DNA of 64,000 nucleotides from Octopus vulgaris (lineage: Eukaryota): NCBI GenBank assembly GCA_951406725.2, contig OX597820.1, positions 86,800,001 to 86,864,000 of the forward strand. The letters are read 5' to 3'. Position numbers and translations under genes: made by a program. A model generated the notes under the pieces. That model searched no databases. It had not been told where the DNA came from and saw only the letters and a list, made by a program, of their open reading frames with translations. This document shows, in pieces, positions 51,735 through 64,000 of this stretch (within the stretch, counting starts at the first letter, position 1; every line of letters starts with the position of its first letter).

Positions 51735-52588
51735 CTGCAAAAGAAATATTTTTTCCAATTACATACGCAAACCCAATATCAATAGTTCTGACATTAATAT
51801 ATAAAATATATTCAATAATAATTTGAGACTTCTAATATATAAAGAATAGAGGGCATAGATGACTAAATCAATTTCAGTATACAACTGGTAGTCAACACTC
51901 CAAAAAGACATGTTCTCTGAACTGAACTGAGTGAGAGAGAACAAACACCTTTGTGCAATCCAACTTATACACAATTATACTGTCAGGATCCAATCAAAAC
52001 TGTTTTGGTTTAATTTCTCTAAGTCTTGAAATGTCACATCAACAAAGAATCTTACTTCTTCTGGAAAAGACACCCATCCCACCACCAACATTCATTTCTG
52101 CTCTTTTCAGTCTATTCTCTGTATCCATTACCCATGTCTTACCCCCATAAATTATGGTACTTCACATATAAGCAGCAAATACCTTTCCCTATATTTTCAG
52201 AAACACCTCCTCATTAGTACACTATTCATTTCTCATTCTAGCCACCATAACTAAGTCCAATCTATGTTCTCCATGCCAAAATAATTTTAAGGTAAAGACA
52301 TCTTTTATTTTCATGTCATTTCAAAGAGTCAGTTCAACATTCCATCCAGCTGTAAATCCATATATACACAGTTTACCCCTGGAAGTAGGTTCCCTTCACA
52401 ACACTACACTTTCTATAAACCATTTAAGTGCATGTTATGAATTTATATTTTCATGAATTAAAATGTAAGCATATAAATTGTCGAGATAAATATATACACA
52501 ACATAGTTAACAACCTAAGCCACAGTGAAGTGGCTGTAATGTCATAAAAATTTCTAGCTAAACATAGACAAGCAAAAAGTTTAGACTA

Positions 52589-52759
<171 letters not shown>

Positions 52760-52945
52760 CTACAAATAAAAATAATTAAGATTGTGTTGAAATTTTAACA
52801 ACATAAATAAGGATAATAAAAGGACAAACACCAAATACCAATGCAGCTATACACACACAATATCTATATGATAACGCTCTTTGAATCAAATATGTTACAA
52901 AGACAATATTGTATAGCTTGTATCTCAACTTTTACAGCAGTTATA

Positions 52946-54182
52946 CAGGGTGAGGAAGCAAAACTTTGAATATTTTGGAAACCTTTATTGTTCATATATC
53001 CCTGAGCATAAATACTAAAATATTATTTTCTATTTCAGGGTAGAGGTATACAGAGTTAATTTAAACAGAAGTTCTAATCATAGGATCTAGCATGTCCACT
53101 CAAGAAGCCAAGAGACAATTTGATGTAATGCTGAGACTGCTGGGGCCTCTGTGAGCACTGTCTACGTTAAGAAATGAATGCTGGATATGGGGAGCATCAA
53201 GAGAAAGTGAGGAAGTGAAGGCACAAACATAACATGGAATAATGCATTTCTTAAATCTCTCAAAGCCAAAATTTTGAAAGACCAAAGAACATCCATGAGA
53301 AAACTGTCCATGGAGATGAAAGTTGATCCAAAGACCATCAGAAGTGTTGCACACACTGATTTACAGTTGAGGTCATATATGAGGACCCCAAGACACCTAC
53401 TGACTCATGCAATGAAAGCCAAAAGCATGAAAGGACCAAAAAGAATGTTGCAATACCTGAAGCACAATGAACAAACTGTCAAAATATTTTCAGATGAAAA
53501 ACTTTTTACCATTGATGCTGTTTTAAACCATCACAATGATGATACATTGCTAAGTCACCTTCTGAAGTAAAAGGCGTATTTAGGACCAAGCACCCAACTC
53601 AAGTCATGATACTCAGAGTCATGATGTCTGATGGAACAAAGATGCCCTGCTATTTTTTCAAATCTAGAGAAAAGGTGTTGGTTGAAGTTTATTATTAAGT
53701 CTTGAGATATAAGGTTTTGCCTTGGCTCAAGTCTAACTACTCCAATGGTAATTATGTGTGGACACAATATGGTGTTCCTGCACATAGTGAAGAAAGTGCA
53801 GAAATTCTGCAAAGACAACTTCGCTGACTTTTGGCCTGCCAACTTCTGGCCTTCTTCCAACCAAGACTTGAACCCCCTGGACTATGCCGTATGGGGCAAA
53901 ATGGAGCACTCTACCAACAGAACTTCACATCAAAGTGTTGGTCATCTTAAGCAAGTCCTGAGGGAAGAGTGGGACATGTCAGTACTTCATCATGAAGAGT
54001 TGTGATGCCTTCAGGCAGCATGTGAAGGCTGTGAAGGACAATGAAAGTGGACACATTGAAGAAATTGTCTCTTTATACTCCAATAAACTTGTGTTAAAAT
54101 TATACATCAGGTTGCTAGTTGTTGTAAAATAAACAATTTGGTGAATTATCTATTATTTTCTAAGATTTGGTTCCCCACCCAG
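52946..54182 (+). mobile_element. Tc1/mariner transposon, maT/DD37D-like, decayed, in a U2AF2 intron
   Basis: TA|CAGGGTGAGGAAGCAAAACTT ... AAGATTTGGTTCCCCACCCAG|TA; transposase remnants IFSDEKLFTID and WPSSNQDLNPLDYAVW in different frames. Confidence 0.88.
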
Positions 54183-55364
54183 TACAACCAATTGCAAACA
54201 AGCCTGCACACATTCGTTCAATCTGCAAGACAACCAATTCTTTCTAAAGCTCGAAAATTTTTAATCATAAATCAGTTTTATCACTAGCAACACAACAACC
54301 ACTGCCGTTAATTACAATCTCAATTCTGAAATCACTCATTTCATTTGGAAAATCACACGGTACAGGATACAATGATATGTGATGAAATACAAAAGTTATT
54401 TATACATACCAATACAGAGATTAAAATGTATTAAAAAATTCCTCTTAATTTTTCACTCAAATTGTTTTGAATTAATCAAGCACTATCCTATAGATTTGAG
54501 ATTTCAATGATGTAATTGTTTATTTTTAGAATGTCAATGTAGGTTAAGTGTGAGAGGCTAGATATCAGCCATTTGAATATAAAATATGTAGAATATTTGG
54601 GCCGGATATGACCGGTTTAAACACCAAAGGGTTAAGGAGTGAAGGGTCTGAAGCAAAATCTTAACCATCAAGCTAAATCTTTAAGTTATAAATGTGTGTG
54701 TGTGTGTGGGGGGGGGGCTATTATTTCTAAAGATTGTGAAGATTTTACAACATCTATTCAAGAGTAAGATCTATTTTCCTGATGCTACTGAAGAACATTA
54801 TCCCTAAAAATTAACTACCAGAAATGTCAACAGTGACAATTATAGATTTGCCATACTGCATTATGTACTATTTAATGTCAGTTGGTATTGTTTTCCTGCA
54901 TTCAACATTAATTGGATTGCACTACAGTAACTGTATGTATAACAGTATGTGTATGAAGAGCTCAATAATTTTTTCTAATGTCAACTTCTAGAACCAATTA
55001 GAATCATGCAACAATCCCTACAGAATGTGAAATGTAAAAAGATTAATGGCCAAATTTAACAACCATGAATATTTGACTATTAATTCTTAAACAATGATCA
55101 ACAAGGGCTTACCAACCATGATCTCTCAATATTCCTTTCCATAAAGCTAGTTTATATGTTTAATGGTTTGTGTTATATTTGATTAAACACAGAAATATAC
55201 AGGTGAAAAATACCTGGTGGTCTGACTTCAGCAAAAGATAGACTGAATTAACTGCTCTGCAGATCAAAGCGTTCTGATATCATCAAGAATATAACTTAAG
55301 GAGAAAAAGCTGACTCATTCACATGGCAATCAATAAAATAATTTCTATTGTTAAATGACAATTA

Positions 55365-55607
<243 letters not shown>

Positions 55608-56144
55608 TTAAAAATATGAAAACACTTTATAATAAAAGTGTTTTGTTAACTTTTGATTATTTTAAAACTGACAAGTCTATAATGAGCAGTAGTATATGTT
55701 ATGAACAGAGTACAACTTGTAATGAGATCCCAGATATCAATTACAAGGTGACTATCTTCACATATCTGACTTACACTGAAATTCAATAATAATTACCATC
55801 GTGTGTCGTCAAAAATGCCAAAACTCTTAATAATAATAGAAAATGGCAGATCAAAGCAATGAGAGAAATCATTGCTAAATGTCAGCAATCGAGTAAATAT
55901 ATGTATATATACACAGAAATGAATCACTTGAAGCACATGGATCAGATAGATTTTGTATGGTATATCTTTCCTGACAACTTTTACTTATTTTCCATAAATA
56001 TTTCACCAGACCCATACATACATGTTTACTGAACAGATTTGAAACAAAGAACACCCTTGCATGACAATGACACAGTAAAAAAAATAAACACATATGTATA
56101 TTAAGCACACACATATTATATATATATACGGTACTTGTATACAT

Positions 56145-56175
<31 letters not shown>

Positions 56176-56866
56176 CATACATACATATATATGCTGGTCT
56201 TCTTTCAGGGTCTGTCTTACCAAATCTATTCTCAAGGCTTTGGTTAGTCCTAAGATATAGTGGAAGACACCCAAGGTGCCTATCCACAGGTTTAAAAGTT
56301 TGTGTACACATTTATATATATATACATACATATCACGTAAAAAGCACCAACCAATCATGGCCGTTGTCAGCCTCCCGTGGCACGTAAAAAGAGGAGTGGT
56401 TGGCGTTAGGAAGGGCATCCAGCTGTAGAAACACTGCCAGATCAGATTGGAGCCTGGTGCAGCCATCTGGTTTGCCAGACCTCAGTCAAATCGCCCAACC
56501 CATGCTAGCATGGAAAGCAGACGTTAAACAATGATGATGATGTGTGTGTGCCTCCAAAACTGATAAAGTAATAGTAAATATAATTTATGACAAAAATTTA
56601 CTATTTTATTTTGATAAAAATACCAGTGACTTCAGAACAAAACCTTTAACTAGTTTGCTTGCATTAGCATCACTGACTTTCACACACTCCCACTAAGTTG
56701 TTTAAATCTCTCTCTACCAGCATGACTGACATAATATAAACAAAACAGAAATACTTGTTTTTAATCATAAACATTGTATGCAGTCTTGGACACGTTACTA
56801 CCTTCCAATGGCAAAAATATGGTAATTTAGTATAAGAATGATAACTGAATGTAGAGTTTAACACTA

Positions 56867-57100
<234 letters not shown>

Positions 57101-60100
57101 TCAGAGGCACCCCAAATGTTCTATCTCACCACCCTCTACATTATCACTACCCGACCTTAGCTTAAAAAAAAAAAAAAAAAAAAAAGGTAATAATCTAAAG
57201 GTAACGTCCTGCAACAAGTATGCAGGCACTTCATCCCAAAATCCTTCACTGGAAGCAACAGAGCTTAACCAACAAAACAAGAAATGTCAGTCTACACATG
57301 CTCAGTTCAACCTTTAGTTTTGTCTATATGAAGAACACGTTTTGCATATATCAAAAACAGCAGCAATTAAGAAGAAATATTTCTTTAATTTAGCACAAAG
57401 CCCCAAAGCAAGACCACAACTAGGATGTTATGGCATTGAAGTAAGAGAATCAATTCCAGCAGGGTTTTGAAACCAATTTCTGGACAGAGCTCAGCAGAAA
57501 CTAAATGCTCCACAGTATTAAATATTTGCATTCAGGTAAGAAAAGTGAAATCGAAAATTCTTTAGTTTATACTTTCCCGGAGGAGTGTTACTTGAATATG
57601 ACCACATCTGGGAAAAGAAACAGTCAAAAATATATGCAGAGAACTTACCACTGCATCACAGCACCTGAGCACTGATCAAAATCCCCTTAAGTACTCTTGT
57701 ACTGGTTTCAGGGTCTTGGCTCTGCCCATGCCAAAGTACAGTAACATTTTCTCTCTGTACACCATTAAGTATAGAATACAAGTGCATATTTAAGTTGCAA
57801 TTGCGTGCTAGGGTGCACATACTTGCAAGTACATAAATATATCACAATAACCAATTTAAAATATTCCATAAAAAGCAAAATTTTTTTTTCAAATTTGGTT
57901 TTGATATTTAGTTTAAAAAAAAGGGGGGTGTTGGTGGACAAAATTTTGAAGGCCATTTAATAAAGGAAAATGACAAAAAGAAAAATGTAGGGAAGGTGGT
58001 ATCAGCAGAATTGAAGAGTAAAATAACCTAATCTTCAAAATGATGGAAAACATGTTTGTCTATGCGCATGCTTTTGTTTTCCTAGCATTTATAACCTTAG
58101 AAGCTGCAATCTGGTCACATAATATTGGAAACAAAAATAAGTGATATTACACTATGAAAAAATAGCAGGGAAGGTTATCTGTATGTGCAATGGGAAGAGG
58201 GATTTGGGGGGAAAAAATTGGAAATATAAATTTCATTCGGAAGGGGGAAGGTGAAGTCATATATGAAACAAGCACAGTATACTTACTGAATATCCACCTC
58301 CCCAAACATACAACAGGATGAAAGGATAAGTTCACCACAACAGGATTTATCTCAGAAGATGTGAGGGTTGGGGAAGAAACAAAATATGTGAATGCTATTC
58401 AGTTGGAAACTCGACTGATTCTAATAAATCATTATTCAGCAACTAATTAGGTGTCACACTGGTACAAGACATAAGAACACAGATTTGTAGGAAAACAGTT
58501 TAACTGATCAACCCAGTTAAAACAAACCATGGTAAAATTTGAACTCAGCATCACTGAATTCCACAATGCACATTATCCAGTACCACCATTTCAGACATTA
58601 AACTTCAATAAGAATAATAATTTCTAATAATAAGACACATGGTCACCTATTTGAAAGTAGCAGTTGGTCAATTCAATCAAGTCATATACTTGACTGTCAC
58701 TTGACCCTGGAGGGATGAAAGGAAAAGTTTAATCACCAAATGAGTGAAACTAGTATTAATGTTACTGCCACTCCATCACTATACTCTGATTAATAATTCT
58801 TAGTAGAGGTACAAGGCCACAAATTGTGAGGCACTGAAATAAATCAATCCTCATAAGGACAGAAGGTAAAGCTGACTCAAGCAGGATTTTTAACCCAAAA
58901 TAATATCAATTTTTTTTTTTTTTTTTTTGAATAACAAAATAATTAAAATTTCTTTTACGAAATGAAACTCTGCGGAATTAAATCATTGCTACTATTTTCC
59001 TTACCCACCCACAACCCACTTTTTGGACACTATGCATTTCTTGTAACAATACCAGAAGGAATTTATTCCCAAAAGACTGCTTTAGATTATCCAATCCAGC
59101 TCTCTTTCCTTTTTGCACCAATTCCAACAACTTATAATGAAAAAGTAAAAAGCAAGAAGCTACAATGCACATGCCTTTTGGGGGGCTCCTGAGTAATACA
59201 CAAGATACATGAAAAAAGAGGTTTCAACATGAAATCCCAAGTAAACTTCAGACAGCAAAGCAAACAATTATTTCTTTTAATGCAAATGGAAAAATAGCCA
59301 AATCAGATAATTTATATCTTGTTCTGAATTTACAGGAACACCAGTGGTGGTGTAATAATAATGGTCTTTTATTGATACAAAGCCATATATTTGGTGGGAG
59401 AGGGTGCAGAGCCAAAACAAACCAACAACATTGACTAGTACTTTCCCACAAGAACAGAAAATAAAGTTGACCATGGCAGGATATAAATTCTGAATGTAAA
59501 AAGCAAATATCAAAGCACTGACCCTCACAATTCTGCCACACTAGTGCTACTCAATACTAACCTTACAAATCAGGTAACCAATATAAGCAATTCAAACAGT
59601 TCCAGTACATTACTGGTACATATATCAATGTTCTTCCTTACAAGGAATGAAAAGTGATGTTACCATTGACAGAATTTAAATTCCATCCAAAGTTAGTCAA
59701 ATACATTAAGTCCTGCACCACCAACACTGAAAGATGGTTATGCAGGTACATGATACTTATGATTTAGAGGACTGGGAAAGGAACAATGATATAGTTATCA
59801 TATTACCACCATTACACACACAGACATGAATGAAAATCAAATAAGAGGAACTTGTGTAAATGTATTGAAATTCATTTTTCAAAACATACACACTGTACAC
59901 AATCTCTAAAACAAGTACAAACAACCCAGTAAGGAAAAAATTTGTATCTGATACAAATAGCATATAACTATCAATCAAATCACATCCCTACAGCCCTAAG
60001 AAAAAGTGTGATACTTTATCACATTAGGAAAAAAGTTTGATAGTAGTTGGCAAGGGGCTAAACAACAGCCACCAAATACAGAGGAAGCAGTTTATTATAA

Positions 60101-60499
60101 TTGTATTATAATCATGGATAATATTTACAAAGAGTTATTATACAAATTAGTCCCCAAAATTTTAATTGAATTTAAGATTCACTTAGAATCAAAGCTCTGG
60201 ACATTGTTGTCATATACTTCACCATACAACCATTACTGTTATCTAAGTTAACAAAGACACTACCAGATTCATCTTTCTAGCACAAGGAGTCAATCAGTCT
60301 TGTATCCTATTATCAAACACCAATACAACCACCACTGACAAGATCAAAGTAGCAGGAACACTAATGACTGAGAAGTGACAGGTGTATCATAAAAATGGAA
60401 TCATGCATTGGTGATGGGAATGGAGGTGCTGCTGTGGTAGTGTGTGTTTAAGTGTGTATATCTATCTATCATATATATATATATATATATATACATATT

Positions 60500-60845
60500 C
60501 TTTTGTTTCAGTCATTTGACTGCAGCCATGCTGGAGCACTGCCTTTAGTCAAACAAATCAACCACAGGACTTATTCTTTATTTGCCTAGTTCTTATTCCA
60601 TCAGTCTCTTTCGGTGAACTGCCAAGTCACGGGGATGTAAACACACCAACACCAGTTGTCAAGCGATGGTAGGGAGGGACACACACACACATACATATAT
60701 AAATATATATATATATGAATATACATACTCACAACGGGCTTCTTTCAGTTTCCATCTACCAAATCCACTGACAAAAGTTTGTTTGGCCCGAGGCTATAGT
60801 AGAAGACACTTGCCCAAGGTACCACACAGTGGGACTGAACCTGGT
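60500..60845 (-). mobile_element. Family A SINE
   Basis: Collinear with 13934-14280. Confidence 0.8.
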
Positions 60846-61159
60846 GCAGAATGGCTGAATGGTTAAGAACATGGATTCACAGTCATGAGACTCCTGATTT
60901 ATTGCTTCTAGCAACATGAAAAAAATATTTTCTAGAACTTTGAGTCAACTAATACCTTGCATATGAAACTGGATGGAGAGAAACTGTATAGAGGAACACT
61001 GGCTGGATTGTACCAATAATTCAAATGGTAGTCTTGTCACAGTGTCAACTGGTTCTCCCCAAATTACTTTTATGGAATACATGGTAATTAAAGAGCAAGT
61101 TAGTTAGCTTACTGAACAACTGGATAGCCATTGCTGAGCATAGATCCATCCCTATCACT

Positions 61160-61202
61160 ACATATACACACACATACACATTATTCATATCATATACATA
61201 CA

Positions 61203-61236
<34 letters not shown>

Positions 61237-61787
61237 CATACATATATACATACATACATATATACATACACATATACATACACATATACATATACATACA
61301 CATATATATACATATATATACATACACATATACATACACATATACATACACATATACATACATATATATATACATACACATATACATACATATATATATA
61401 TACATACATATATATATACACATACATACATACACACATATATATATATACACACATATATATATACACATACACATATATATACACATACACATATATA
61501 TACACATACACATATATATACACATACACATATATATACACATACACATATATATACACATACACATATATATACACATACACATATATATACATATACA
61601 CATATATACATATATACATATACACATATATATACATATACACATATATACATATATATACATATATATACATATATACATACACATATATATATACACA
61701 TATACACATACACATATATATATACACACATATACATATATATATATATATATACATACACATATATATATACACATTTATATACAC
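61160..61787. repeat. Compound (TA)/(CA) microsatellite
   Basis: Directly visible. Confidence 0.95.
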
Positions 61788-61885
61788 TGAGACCTATGGA
61801 AGTATGCTGTGCGTGAGAAGACCCGGCAAGACCAGTGAGAACAATCAAAATCAAATCATATATCAGAAAGCAGGGGTTAAGTGAC

Positions 61886-62415
61886 CCATCCGTTCGTGTC
61901 CGCTGTCAGCCTCGTCTGGCACCCGTGTCGGTGATACATAAAAGCACCATTCGCTCGTGGCCGTTTGCCAGCTCTGCCTGGCCCCCATGTCGGTGGCACA
62001 TAAAAGCACCATCCGTTCGTGTTTGTTGCCAGCCTCGCCTGGCCCCGTGCCGGTGACACGTAAAAGCACCATCCGTTCGTGGCCGTTTGCCAGCTCTGTC
62101 TGGCCCCGTGTCGGTGGCACGTAAAAGCACCATCCGTACGTGTCCGTTGCCAGCATCGCCTGGCCCCGTGCCGGTGACACGTAAAAGCACCATCCGTTCG
62201 TGGCCGTTCGCCAACTCTGTCTGGCACCTGTGCAGGTGGCACGTAAAAAACACCCACTACACTCGCGGAGTGGTTGGCGTTAGGAAGGGCATCCAGCCGT
62301 AGAAACACTGCCAGATCTGACTGGGCCTGACGAAGCCTTCCAGCTTCACAGACCCCAGTTGACCCGTCCAACCCATGCTAGCATGGAAAGCGGACGCTAA
62401 ATGATGATGATGATG
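61886..62415 (+). mobile_element. Family D SINE-like element with six ~60-bp tandem units and (GAT)n tail
   Basis: Units start at 61886, 61947, 62009, 62069, 62130 and 62190; then CACCCACTACACTC...GGACGCTAAATGATGATG. Confidence 0.8.
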
Positions 62416-63220
62416 ACATATATATATACACACATATATATACATACATACACATATATATACATACATACACATATATATACATACACATATATATACA
62501 TACACATATATATATATACATACACATATATATATACATACACATATATATATACACACATATATACATATACATACACACATATATACATACACATACA
62601 CATATATACATACACATATATATATATACATACACATATATATATATACATACACATATATATATATACATACACATATATATACATACACATATATATA
62701 TATACATACACATATATATATACATACACATATATATATATACATACACATATATATACATACATACACATATATATACATACATACACATATATATACA
62801 TACACATATATATACATACATACACATATATATACATACACATATATATACACACATATATATATATACACACATATATATATATACACACATATATATA
62901 TATACACACATATATATATATACACACATATATATATATACACACATATATACATACACATATATATATATACATACACATATATATATATACATACACA
63001 TATATATACACACATATATATATATACACATATATATATATACACACATATATACATATACATACACATATATACATACACATATATATATATATACATA
63101 CACATATATATATACATACATACACATATATATATACATACATATATATATACATACACATATATATATACATACACATATATATATACATACATATATA
63201 TATAGATACATATATATATG
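62416..63220. repeat. Compound (TA)/(CA) microsatellite
   Basis: Directly visible. Confidence 0.95.
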
Positions 63221-63224
63221 TGCG

Positions 63225-63403
63225 GGTGGCACGTAAAAAGCACCCACTACACTTGCGGAATGGTTGGCGTTAGGAAGGGCATCCAGCCGTAGAAACACTG
63301 CCAGATCAGACTGGGCCTGATGCAGCCTTCTGGCTTCACAGACCCCAGTTGAACCGTCCAACCCATGATAGCATGGAAAACAGACGCTAAATGATGATGA
63401 TGA
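63225..63403 (+). mobile_element. Family D SINE 3' part
   Basis: Close direct repeat of 62235-62415. Confidence 0.8.
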
Positions 63404-64000
63404 TACATATATATACACACACATAAATGGTTACCCAAACCATACACAAGAATCTGCTCCATCATAAACAGTACCATGTGTTCACAGTCTTAAGTCCAGA
63501 TTTTGCTCCAAGCTCTGGTTTTATAGCTGCTTGGTAGTTAAACTATCCTCCAAAACCACCACCTAATAAGGAGGGGGAGTGATCCTGTTTTTACAGACTT
63601 TTCTGTTAATTCATGTAAATGAGTTCACAAAGATCATTCAATGATCTCATTTATACTGTCAGCAGATGTATTGTTTCTCACCACTACAATTGTAATACCA
63701 AGTAGTCACTGATATGTCTGAATAAAAGACCCCTCATTGTTTAAGTATAGGATGCCTTTTACAATAGATCTGCTTAATTAGGGTTAAACATTCAACATTG
63801 TCACCTCCTACACTAGGGTAGACCTGATAAGTTTATAACAGACATTAGAAAGGGCATCCAACCATAGAAACCAAGCCAAAACAGACAGGAGCTGCACCAA
63901 CCAATGCAATCTACACACAGTCCTTGTTATATTAACTCATGCAGAATTGAGATAGTACAAAAACTAAAAACTGCAAAGCATTTCATTGAGTGCTCTGCTG

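Noticed and set aside
61886-62253. Regularly spaced repeats as a CRISPR array
   Set aside because: The intervening sequences are homologous to each other, so it is a tandem minisatellite in a SINE-like element.
61045-63477. Long ORFs up to 348 aa rich in Y/I/C/V/M/H/T
   Set aside because: Translations of stop-free dinucleotide microsatellites; the same applies at 6621-7158, 17006-17300 and 26066-27440.
57800-64000. Upstream U2AF2 exons (RS domain, RRM1, start of RRM2)
   Set aside because: No matching coding sequence was recognised by eye; they probably lie beyond the window, though a short exon could have been missed.

Overview
AT-rich, repeat-dense animal genomic DNA. The SINE families and compound microsatellites point to an octopus or other coleoid cephalopod (inference). 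One host protein-coding gene is recognisable: the last five coding exons of the splicing factor U2AF65 (U2AF2) on the minus strand, 57058 to 48658; upstream exons were not found in the window. There are two intact tRNA-Thr(AGT) genes, two decayed tRNA-Thr-like copies and a 5' U2 snRNA fragment. A full-length CsRn1-clade Ty3/gypsy LTR retrotransposon occupies 32745-38367 (555-bp LTRs, GGCT TSD, tRNA-Trp PBS, -1 gag/pol slippery site); it is disabled by a gag stop and loss of an RT catalytic Asp and sits inside a Helitron-like element. The rest is non-autonomous Helitrons, a maT/DD37D mariner, a hAT remnant, MITEs, RTE/CR1/Penelope fragments and many tRNA-derived SINEs. The best leads are a tRNA-headed SINE-like unit carrying a minimal hammerhead ribozyme (12297-12595) and a candidate stop-containing poison cassette exon in U2AF2 (55214-55294). 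Most ORFs in the supplied track are microsatellite or SINE artefacts. All comparisons were made by eye and repeat boundaries are approximate unless termini are quoted.
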